Of a DNA stretch of 28,695 nt, positions 19,158 to 26,609 are shown one piece after another. Every line of letters begins with the position of its first letter. Within the stretch, counting starts at the first letter, position 1. The position numbers were made by a program, and so were the translations under genes. Source of the DNA: Elusimicrobiota bacterium (lineage in GTDB: Bacteria > Elusimicrobiota > Elusimicrobia > Elusimicrobiales > UBA9959); assembly GCA_037137395.1 (NCBI GenBank), contig JBAXKK010000026.1:1-28695 (forward strand), in the 5' to 3' direction. The notes under the pieces were generated by a model. The model was given only the letters and a program-made list of their open reading frames with translations. It was not told the DNA's origin and made no database searches.

Positions 19158-19229
19158 TGCCCCCACCAGGAATCGAACCTGGATTACCTGCTTAGAAGGC
19201 AGATGCTCTATCCGTTGAGCTATGGGGGC
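19158..19229 (-). tRNA. tRNA-Arg(UCU)
   Basis: GCCCCCA TA GCTC AACGGATA GAGC A TCTGC CT-TCT-AA GCAGG TAAT CCAGG TTCGATT CCTGG TGGGGGC A. No encoded CCA. TATAAT on the minus strand at 19241-46. Confidence 0.96.
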
Positions 19230-19528
19230 TTCTCATTGCTATTATAGGATTTTTTCTGCCTCCCCGCTATCCTTGGTGTCCACGTAGGTGTCCACATTGG
19301 ATAAATCTCGATTGAAAATCGATATCAAAAAGGTACCAAGAGACTTTTCCCTACGGTCCACCGCCGGACGCCGGGGGACTTTTTTAAATTTCAAGAACTC
19401 GCTCGTTTTTTTGTATCATAGAAAAATAGAATAGGGGAAGAGCTTTTTTTAAAATTTTCAGGCAGCGAAAAGCATATACATTAGGTGGTTGCTTCAAGTA
19501 ATTTATAATCCTTGGCGGAGGGGCACTT

Positions 19529-20134
19529 ATTATTATTCTCCTTAACGGCACATCATCCGCGGGCAAAACCACCATAGCCAGGATCTTGCAGGAAAAATTC
19601 GACGGCGTCCTCCTTCTTTATGGAGTGGATGGCATGGTCCAGACCGCGTTTCCGGCCAAGTGCGATTCCCCGCCCTATAATGAGCAGGCGGCAAAAGTCA
19701 GCGTCACCGAGATAGCCGGCCAGCCGCATGCCCGATTAACCCTCTCGCCTTATATGTATCCGGTTTACCGGGCTGCCGTACATTTTTACAAGAGGCTTTC
19801 GGCGCAGGGCTATAGCATTATTGTCGATGAAGTGCTGTTTGATGAGAAAAGAATATCTCCATTCTTCGAGATTCTCTCCGATGAAACGGTCTATTTTATA
19901 GGAGTAAAGCCGGCCAAAGATGTCGTGCTGCGCCGCGAAAAAGAGCGAGGGGACAGGCTTGAGGGACTGGCGGTGGGACTTTATGACGAGGTATATAATC
20001 CTCTTTTCAGTTATGACCTGTTACTCGACACTGGGAAACTCGCGCCGGCTGAATCCGTTGAAAGAATCCTGCGGCTCCTGGAGACGGAAAAGAAGCCTCA
20101 GGGGTTCATCCGTTCGGCGAAAAGCTGGAGATGA
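19529..20134 (+). CDS. Chloramphenicol phosphotransferase (CPT)-like P-loop kinase, apparent ATT start
   Basis: The frame is open from 19502 and reads IIILLNGTSSAGKTTIARILQE. The P-loop lies upstream of the track start (19586). GGAGG at 19517-21 is 7 nt before ATT 19529. IIVDEV, RREKERGDR..GLA and YDLLLDT motifs. Confidence 0.82.
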   Translation: MIILLNGTSSAGKTTIARILQEKFDGVLLLYGVDGMVQTAFPAKCDSPPYNEQAAKVSVTEIAGQPHARLTLSPYMYPVYRAAVHFYKRLSAQGYSIIVDEVLFDEKRISPFFEILSDETVYFIGVKPAKDVVLRREKERGDRLEGLAVGLYDEVYNPLFSYDLLLDTGKLAPAESVERILRLLETEKKPQGFIRSAKSWR

Positions 20135-20247
20135 TGTCCGATTGAAGTACGGGGGGCAGTTTTAGCTGCAGCTGAATACTCAAAAGGTACCAGGAGACTG
20201 CCACGAGGCACCTGCAACCCCAAAAAATCCGGTGACGTAATATTTAT

Positions 20248-20276
20248 TTGAATGGGAAGGACTATGTTGCTACAAT
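20248..20276 (+). promoter_or_regulatory. Sigma70-type promoter for the beta-barrel gene cluster
   Basis: TTGAAT-17 nt-TACAAT with extended TG at 20268-69; AAGGAG SD before ATG 20323. Confidence 0.65.
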
Positions 20277-20322
20277 ATCAGAATGTGAGACGCACTTTTA
20301 ATTCAGGTAAGGAGAATGGACT

Positions 20323-21084
20323 ATGAAACTATCTAAACAAATCGCGACACTGGCTGTTATCTTACTATTACCCGTTATGGCGAGCGCCGAATGGGAGAGG
20401 ACCGTGGGCGCATGGGACACGCGTCTTCCGAATAAAGGCAAGACCCAGGTAGCGTTCTGGGGCTCCTACTCCAAAACGGAAGTTGCTAATGCCGATCTCA
20501 CCGGTAAATCCGCCTACCTTGATATGACTTACGGCATCTCGGATAAATGGTCAGCTTACGTTTCTCCTTCCTTTTATAACTGGAAATTGGACGGCGGGGG
20601 TTCTGAATCAGGCTTATCCGACACCATGCTGCGGACGACTTATCGCTTTCGCGACGAGGCCGCGGACAACTTCGACCTGGCGGTCATGGGTAAAATGTTG
20701 TTGCCGACTGGCGACGAAGACAAGGGTTTAGGCAACGGCGGCTTTGAGCCGGGCGGAAAGTTGCTCGCCTCCAAGACATTTGGACCTGTTATCGCCGTGG
20801 CCAACCTTGACCTCACAGCTATCCCCAGCGCCAACAAGGGCGAAAACGATTTTGTGTTGTCGTCCACTTTAGAGGGTGTGTATCCTTTAAACGATAAACT
20901 GAGCCTCAACACGGCCGTATTCGCCGAGACCTCCCGCATTGACGGCGGTGATATGGATCTGGATCTGGGCTTTGGCTCCAAGTACAATGTGAAGGGCCAG
21001 ATGTTCGTGGCGGCCATGATCTATAAATGCCTGAGCGAATCCTCCACTTGGGGATTGGATCTTGCCGTCGGCGTTGAGTTTTAA
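20323..21084 (+). CDS. Outer-membrane beta-barrel protein (SphA/MetA-pathway transporter-like)
   Basis: Signal peptide (ASA-E), amphipathic beta strands, SGLSD and LPTGDEDKGLGNG motifs, C-terminal Phe. Confidence 0.72.
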   Translation: MKLSKQIATLAVILLLPVMASAEWERTVGAWDTRLPNKGKTQVAFWGSYSKTEVANADLTGKSAYLDMTYGISDKWSAYVSPSFYNWKLDGGGSESGLSDTMLRTTYRFRDEAADNFDLAVMGKMLLPTGDEDKGLGNGGFEPGGKLLASKTFGPVIAVANLDLTAIPSANKGENDFVLSSTLEGVYPLNDKLSLNTAVFAETSRIDGGDMDLDLGFGSKYNVKGQMFVAAMIYKCLSESSTWGLDLAVGVEF

Positions 21085-21126
21085 TCGCCGCGCCATGGCG
21101 TGAATACAATACAGGAGAACGACAAA

Positions 21127-22035
21127 ATGATCACTATTAACAAAGTTGCGGCCGCGGGTCTCTTAATGTTTAATTTTATTTCCTACGCCTCTGCTGTTGA
21201 AAGCGACGCGCTTAAATCCTCCGGCCTGGACATATCGGCCGTAGCTGTCCTCGATGTGCCCGCGCCTTCCGTTGCCGAGACCGGGCAGGCGGCAAGCCCG
21301 AACCTGAACCCTTTCAGCTATTTCGGATATGGTGAAACGCCGAGTGCGATTTCCATGTCAGTTGAGGACGGAACGGCCGGCCTGTCAAAAGAAACCGTGG
21401 CCTCAGTCGTACTTGAATCCGTAAAAAATGCATACCTTAAGCCTGAAGTCACCTTTACCACCGGAAAGGGCACAAAGGTGCATATCAGCGGCACCAAGGC
21501 CTCCAACTGCCCGGACGGGGGGAATTCCTGTGACGACAAAGAAAAGTTTTTCCTGGTGCTGACCACCGACAAGAACGAGACCTTCTTTGTGCGGGGCATG
21601 GAGATAATCAACTACAGTATAATCTACAACGGCTCAAAGACGGTGACCATCGACGGTGAGAAGTATGTGGTGAAGATCTTCGCCAACCCCTCAGTCCCCG
21701 AGAGCAGCACGCTGGAAGTAAAAGGTCCGCGCGGCGTGGCCCTGAACGCCACCATTAAAAAGATCGGGGACGGCGTGGCACTTAAGGGCGTGGATGTTAA
21801 GCTTTCAAAAACCTACAAGCTAGCCTACGGCAACGAGATCGTGCAGGGGCCGCAGGGAGCCAGGTTCACCACCAAGATGCTGATACTTCTTGTCTCTTTC
21901 CCGGTGGCGACAGATTCCACTTATTTTATTCTGAACGCGGCCGACATCACTCCGGCCGGTGTCACCTTCCCCGGCTTTGAGAAAAACTTCGGCTTCCGCC
22001 TGAACGCCGGAACGCTTGAGATATATAGAATATAG
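21127..22035 (+). CDS. Hypothetical secreted protein
   Basis: GGAG SD before ATG 21127; signal peptide (SYASA); beta-rich with a Cys pair (CPDGGNSC). Confidence 0.72.
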   Translation: MITINKVAAAGLLMFNFISYASAVESDALKSSGLDISAVAVLDVPAPSVAETGQAASPNLNPFSYFGYGETPSAISMSVEDGTAGLSKETVASVVLESVKNAYLKPEVTFTTGKGTKVHISGTKASNCPDGGNSCDDKEKFFLVLTTDKNETFFVRGMEIINYSIIYNGSKTVTIDGEKYVVKIFANPSVPESSTLEVKGPRGVALNATIKKIGDGVALKGVDVKLSKTYKLAYGNEIVQGPQGARFTTKMLILLVSFPVATDSTYFILNAADITPAGVTFPGFEKNFGFRLNAGTLEIYRI

Positions 22036-22065
22036 GAAATAGCCGGTAAAACAAGGCTTATAACG

Positions 22066-23316
22066 ATGAGTATTCCCGCGCTCCCTGCCCAACCCAGGGC
22101 AAGGGTGGAGTCTATCGACGTATTTCGGGGACTCACCATCCTTATGATGGTGTTCGTTATTGCCGTGGCGGCCGGAAAATATAAAAACCTTCCGCAGCAG
22201 GGACATTGGTTCGGCAGTTTGCGGGTTTCAACCTGGAACCACGCCGATATGGGGTGGGAAAACTTCGCGGAGGAACAAAAGGCCGCGGGCCTCACCGACG
22301 AGCAAATAAACGCGCTTCCCGAAGCTAACCTAAAAAATATCGGCTGCACCATAACGGATCTTGTCGCTCCGTTTTTTGTTTTTATCGTGGGCCTGTGCAT
22401 CCCCTTAAGCGGAGCGCGGCGGGGAAGCGCTTGGTGGCGGCACGTTTTATCGCGCGCCGGAATGCTGATCGCTGCCGGCGTTTTGTACATCAGCCTAATC
22501 CTAGGCCTGTCCTGGTGGTGGGGTATACTTCAGGCTATCGGCATCGCTTATCTTATGGGCGCGGCCAGCATGAAACTGCCGCGATGGGGCCGCTGGACGG
22601 CTGTTTTCGGAGTGCTCGCCCTTCACATGGCCATGTCGCGCTACACCGTATGGTGGCTTCATTTCGGCGACACCGCACAACCGTTCTGGACTATCAGCCA
22701 AATATACGGAAGCTGGGCAAAACCGCTTATAGTTCATTGCCGCCCCTGGGCGTCCATCTCTTACGGAGCTATGACGATGATCGGGGTGCTGGTGGGCGAC
22801 GCCATAGTCACCAGACAAAAAACTGCCATCGTCAGGCAGTGCCTGCTGGCCGGCTGCGTGTTTACCGCCTTAGGATATCTGATTCACTCTTACGGGCTTT
22901 CGTCCGGAAACACATGGCTGTGCTTCAATAAGCCGGATGTAACAGCTTCTTACGCCATGTTCACATCGGGAATCGGGGCGCTGGTATTCCTGGGATTTTA
23001 CTATCTGGTGGATGTCTGGGGCGTTAAATCATGGGCGTCGCCTCTCAGGGTTTTCGGGGCCAACGCTTTGCTGGCGTATTTTATGCAGATCGTAATACGG
23101 ATATTCCTGCGCGCGCTGCAAATTGAACCGCTTTTTTCCGGAGAACCAAACCAGACGATTCAAGATTGGGCCTCCTTAATCGCCTGTCCGCGCTGGAACG
23201 CGTTTTTTCTGGATAAATCAGGCTATAACGGCGTCTTATGGGGCCTGATCTGGACTTTCAGTTTATGGCTGGTAATCCGCTGGTTCAACAAGCGCGATCT
23301 CTACTGGAAACTCTAA
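22066..23316 (+). CDS. Membrane acyltransferase, heparan-alpha-glucosaminide N-acetyltransferase (HGSNAT/DUF5009)-like
   Basis: RVESIDVFRGLTILMMVFV, HADM, GCTITDLVAPFFVFIVG, GILQAIG, FGANALLAY, C-terminal YWKL; many TM segments. Confidence 0.85.
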   Translation: MSIPALPAQPRARVESIDVFRGLTILMMVFVIAVAAGKYKNLPQQGHWFGSLRVSTWNHADMGWENFAEEQKAAGLTDEQINALPEANLKNIGCTITDLVAPFFVFIVGLCIPLSGARRGSAWWRHVLSRAGMLIAAGVLYISLILGLSWWWGILQAIGIAYLMGAASMKLPRWGRWTAVFGVLALHMAMSRYTVWWLHFGDTAQPFWTISQIYGSWAKPLIVHCRPWASISYGAMTMIGVLVGDAIVTRQKTAIVRQCLLAGCVFTALGYLIHSYGLSSGNTWLCFNKPDVTASYAMFTSGIGALVFLGFYYLVDVWGVKSWASPLRVFGANALLAYFMQIVIRIFLRALQIEPLFSGEPNQTIQDWASLIACPRWNAFFLDKSGYNGVLWGLIWTFSLWLVIRWFNKRDLYWKL

Positions 23317-23501
23317 CTTAATTCCGCAGTAAAACCCCGAAAAATTATCGGTTTATAGCCACTTCCGCCGCAATTCCATAGTCATAAAACTTACTTTATT
23401 TTCCACTAAATTGAGGGACTATAAACCTCCCTAAAGGTCCATTTTTGTGTGGGGGGGGAATCTTTTTTCATTGGTAAAACCCAGTTTTGGCAAGATAGCC
23501 C

Positions 23502-23530
23502 TTGACAACTATGCTTTGCTATGCTATACT
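23502..23530 (+). promoter_or_regulatory. Near-consensus sigma70 promoter with internal direct repeat (putative operator)
   Basis: TTGACA (23502-07), 17 nt, TATACT (23525-30), extended TG; CTATGCT at 23509-15 and 23519-25. Confidence 0.8.
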
Positions 23531-23550
23531 TTATTCAAGCGGAGGATATT

Positions 23551-23700
23551 ATGACCATGACAAGCGAAACAGTTAACAGGGACTTCAAGTTGTGGATGGC
23601 TGTAACTCTCGGCCTTATAAAGGATGGTAAAATGGGCGCCTCGCAAGCCCGGGCGGACCGCATCAAAACAGCGATGACCAACACCAAGAAAGGAGGATAA
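23551..23700 (+). CDS. Small hypothetical protein (49 aa), absent from the ORF track
   Basis: GGAGGA SD at 23541-46. MTMTSETVNRDFKLWMAVTLGLIKDGKMGASQARADRIKTAMTNTKKGG*. Its end contains the SD of the next gene. Confidence 0.68.
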   Translation: MTMTSETVNRDFKLWMAVTLGLIKDGKMGASQARADRIKTAMTNTKKGG

Positions 23701-23702
23701 TA

Positions 23703-23906
23703 ATGCTGAAACCGCGCTATCAGATAGTGATATCACTTTCGGAAGACGACAATAAGAAACTCATGGAACTGCGTGAGGATGGTTACCAGATAGTGGAGAT
23801 CTTCCGTCTCGGCCTGGGAGAGGCCGAGGCGGAGGCGGCCAAGAGCCGAAAAAAGAAAGCTGCTAATACTGAAAAAAAGGAAGAGCCGGGCGAAACTTTA
23901 TTTTGA
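23703..23906 (+). CDS. Small protein, putative ribbon-helix-helix DNA-binding protein
   Basis: AGGAGG SD at 23691-96. RYQIVISL (alternating strand), SEDDNKKLMEL (helix A), G turn, IVEIFRLGL (helix B). Fold assigned by eye. Confidence 0.6.
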   Translation: MLKPRYQIVISLSEDDNKKLMELREDGYQIVEIFRLGLGEAEAEAAKSRKKKAANTEKKEEPGETLF

Positions 23907-24052
23907 CATTCCGTAAAGCCGCGATAAAAACCTTATACTTGTCCGCCGCGCCGCGTATTACAAAACATCCGTTTTTAACCTCCCCAAAAACGATATTGTC
24001 ATTTTTTACGAGTAGGACAAAAGCACTCCTATCCCAAGAAAACAATAAGGGA

Positions 24053-24183
24053 GCGGCGGGTTGCTAGGTCGGGGTCCTGCCAGCCATGGGGCCCATCGGG
24101 CCTGCGGCCGGCCCGGCGACTTCGCGCCGGTTCCTCCTCGGCCCGATTCAACCCATGTCTGTCACCCCCTTAGCCCCCGCCGT
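24053..24183. other. Long irregular rod-like hairpin (131 nt)
   Basis: Nested pairs GCGGCGGG/CCCGCCGT, GCTAGG/CTTAGC, GGGGT/ACCCC, CATGGG/CCCATG, ATCGGGCC/GGCCCGAT, CCGGCG/CGCCGG. Confidence 0.75.
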
Positions 24184-24339
24184 ACTTAAAATCGTCAAGG
24201 GAGACGTGTTTTTGTAATTATGGATTTGTGGGATAGCATCGTGGCAACATCGTTTTACTGTAAGGATGGATTGACCAGCAGATTGGTTAATCGTGCTTTA
24301 TCTAAATTAAGGGTGGTATGTTATTTGTTGTAACGCGAA

Positions 24340-24499
24340 GGCGAAACCGAATCAGACAGCGCGGATGACGGGGAACCGGATAAGCGAAACCGTACCGGAG
24401 TTCGGCGCTTGCGTAAGCGCGCCGAGCGAGGTCCGGAAGGGCGAGCACGGTGTGCTCGACCCTGATTTCGCGTTCCGGTCCTCCGGCAGCCTCGGCGCC
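24340..24499. other. Structured element: long stem capped by two hairpins (candidate ncRNA or REP-like element)
   Basis: GGCG...CCGA/TCGGCGCC; CGGGGAACCGGA-TAA-GCGAAA pairs with TTTCGC-GT-TCCGGTCCTCCG; hairpins TCGGCGC..GCGCCGA and GGGCGAGCAC..GTGCTCGACCC. Confidence 0.65.
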
Positions 24500-24609
24500 A
24501 AATTACTGACCGGCTAAACTTTCCTGGGACAGCCATAGGACAAAAGACCTATATCGAAGTAGGGCTTTATACCCTTACCGAAATTTATCAATATTCTTAT
24601 AATATTACC

Positions 24610-25155
24610 ATGGTGACAAAAAAATTTTCCATCGCTTTTATGTTGGGTCTATTTCTAACTTTCGTCGGCAGTCACGCTTTTGCCGATCAGGTCGCATATA
24701 ATCAGTTGCTTGACGCCACAAACGCCTCCACCTCGTTCAATGTGGACATTCTTATCGCGCATGTAACAGCTAGCGATATCTTGCACGCAGCGCAGACCAG
24801 CACTCAGACAGCTGTGGCCGCCACACCGGCCGCCGCGATGACCGCACCCCTGGCCGAAGCGCCCTCCACGCATCCCGTAACAACCTCCTCCGCACATCAG
24901 GCTGCTACGTCTTCCGCGCACACATCCGCGGCATCAGCGCCCGCAGCCGCAATAAACTCTGTCCCGCCCGCAATAGCAGCCGCAATACCTACGCCGCCAT
25001 CCCCCCAGGAAATAAAGGATTTTGTACACGAGCATAAGCCGATAATGGCTATGGGCGCGCTGGGAGCTTACCTTGGCTTCGCGTTAATGGGCCCGGCAGG
25101 GATACTTGTAGGCGCCATTTTTATGGTGGGATTTATGATGGTGGCTAACGCTTAA
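24610..25155 (+). CDS. Hypothetical exported protein with Ala/Thr/Ser/Pro-rich linker and C-terminal glycine-rich hydrophobic segment
   Basis: Signal peptide (SHAFA-D), low-complexity middle, MGALGAYLGFALMGPAGILVGAIFMVG tail. Confidence 0.72.
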   Translation: MVTKKFSIAFMLGLFLTFVGSHAFADQVAYNQLLDATNASTSFNVDILIAHVTASDILHAAQTSTQTAVAATPAAAMTAPLAEAPSTHPVTTSSAHQAATSSAHTSAASAPAAAINSVPPAIAAAIPTPPSPQEIKDFVHEHKPIMAMGALGAYLGFALMGPAGILVGAIFMVGFMMVANA

Positions 25156-25180
25156 CTCATTTTATATAAATCTGCGCAAG

Positions 25181-26593
25181 TTATTTTTCCTCGAACGAAT
25201 CCACCGTGTAGACATATAGCGCGGTGGATTTTTCTTTCCAGGCGGCGGCCGGGAGCCCGGCCTTCTCAAGACAAAGCGAACTAAGAAATTTTTCTTTGGA
25301 ATTGAAGTGTTCCCAGACCTGCGGCAGGTAGGTTCCGCCTGAGCGCCCCTTCTGAACATAAACCCCGTGCTTACCCTCCACGATCTCCTCCCAGCCGGCC
25401 ACTCTACGAAGCGGCGACAGGACTGAGATCTCTATTTTTACCGCGGCCAGTTCTTCCGACGAGAGCGGGCCAAAGCGCGGATCATCAAAAGCGGCGGACA
25501 CGGCAAAGGCCGCGACCGCGTCCGACAAAAGCTGATGCGGCGTCATCGTCCCGATGCAGCCGCGCAACTCCCCGTCCTTATTCAGCGTCACAAAAACCGC
25601 GGCAGGCTGGTTCAGCTCCGGGGAGGAATTCAAAGGGAGCGGCGGGGACTTTTTATTTTTAAGCCGGTTTTCAATGCTCTTGCGGGCCAGGGCCAGCAGC
25701 TCCTTCTTTTGCTCCTTATTTAGAACGCGCGGTTCAATATCTCCGCCGCTCAGGAACAAACCCGCGCCATAACCAACCACCTTGCCGTCTTCGCCCGAGA
25801 TCTTACCGGAATGCGTATATCTGACGAGTTTAAAATCTTCGGCTCCCAGTTCCACGGCCGCCGCGGCGCCGATAACCATGGCGGCGTAACCGCAGGCAGC
25901 CGTATCCATGCAATATTTTGATTTTTCCAGAAGCAGGTCGTGGGCAAGAGCAAAATACCTCATATCCCTATTCCTGATCGCTGTACTGAACGCCTCAAGG
26001 AGGGCCAGATCCGATTTTTCGGCGACATCGCCGGGGGGGTAATGCGAAAGATCCGAGGAAACGCAAATCACGGCCTTTCTACCCTTGATCGTCTCACCGA
26101 GAATCTTACCTATCTCTTCAAGGATATTTAGGTCCGAAGTATTGGCCACGACCGGCACGAACTTAAAAGGTTTGCCGAGCTCCTGTAGGAAAGGGAGTTC
26201 CACTTCCACGGAATGTTCCCCGGAGTGCGCGGAGGGCCGGTCCTCAAAGAGCTTAGAGGCCGACAGCAAAGCCCGGGCAAGCACGGAGTCTATCCCGACC
26301 CGGCCCAGCGGGGTCTCAAAGACGCCCTCTGACATTATTGCCGCGCCGTCCACGGCCTCGGTATGCCCGGTGCCCACTATCACCATGGTGTCAAAGTCAA
26401 CTTCTTTAAGAAAAGAAAAAACGGAACCTGCCGTAGCGCCGGAATAGGCGTAGCCGGCGTGCGGCGCCAGAACGCCCAGCACGCGTCCAGTTAAAGGCCG
26501 CACGGGCTTAAGATAGGACGCCACTTCCCGGCGGAGCTTAGCCGCATCCGCTTCATAAAATTGCCCGGCGACAACCGGTTTTCGTATGATCAT
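25181..26593 (-). CDS. amrB: AmmeMemoRadiSam system protein B (MEMO1) fused to protein A (AMMECR1)
   Basis: RKPVVAGQFY, APHAGYAYSG, EHSVEVELPFLQ, SSDLSHY (MEMO); AVFVTL..GELRGCIG, DPRF, EISVLS, TYLPQV (AMMECR1). Confidence 0.92.
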   Translation of the reverse strand: MIIRKPVVAGQFYEADAAKLRREVASYLKPVRPLTGRVLGVLAPHAGYAYSGATAGSVFSFLKEVDFDTMVIVGTGHTEAVDGAAIMSEGVFETPLGRVGIDSVLARALLSASKLFEDRPSAHSGEHSVEVELPFLQELGKPFKFVPVVANTSDLNILEEIGKILGETIKGRKAVICVSSDLSHYPPGDVAEKSDLALLEAFSTAIRNRDMRYFALAHDLLLEKSKYCMDTAACGYAAMVIGAAAAVELGAEDFKLVRYTHSGKISGEDGKVVGYGAGLFLSGGDIEPRVLNKEQKKELLALARKSIENRLKNKKSPPLPLNSSPELNQPAAVFVTLNKDGELRGCIGTMTPHQLLSDAVAAFAVSAAFDDPRFGPLSSEELAAVKIEISVLSPLRRVAGWEEIVEGKHGVYVQKGRSGGTYLPQVWEHFNSKEKFLSSLCLEKAGLPAAAWKEKSTALYVYTVDSFEEK

Positions 26594-26609
26594 AACGCCC
26601 CGTAACGAC

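Noticed and set aside
18951..19247. 98-aa and 60-aa ORFs over the tRNA-Arg region, and 26786-26977 over tRNA-His
   Set aside because: They overlap tRNA genes and structured repeats; spurious.
19327..19395. Phage cos/pac-like appearance of AAAAGGTACC...GGGGGACTTTTTTAAATTTC
   Set aside because: No terminase or other phage genes in the window; the resemblance is too vague.
24427..24450. SRP RNA-like GAGGTCCGGAAGG
   Set aside because: Lacks the CAGG/AGCAG symmetric loop of SRP domain IV, and TCCGG pairs better with CCGGA at 24395.
24345..24499. c-di-AMP (ydaO) riboswitch-like start CCGAATC...ACGGGGAACC
   Set aside because: The downstream GGGGTGAATC and CCCGTCAGCTAAC elements are absent.
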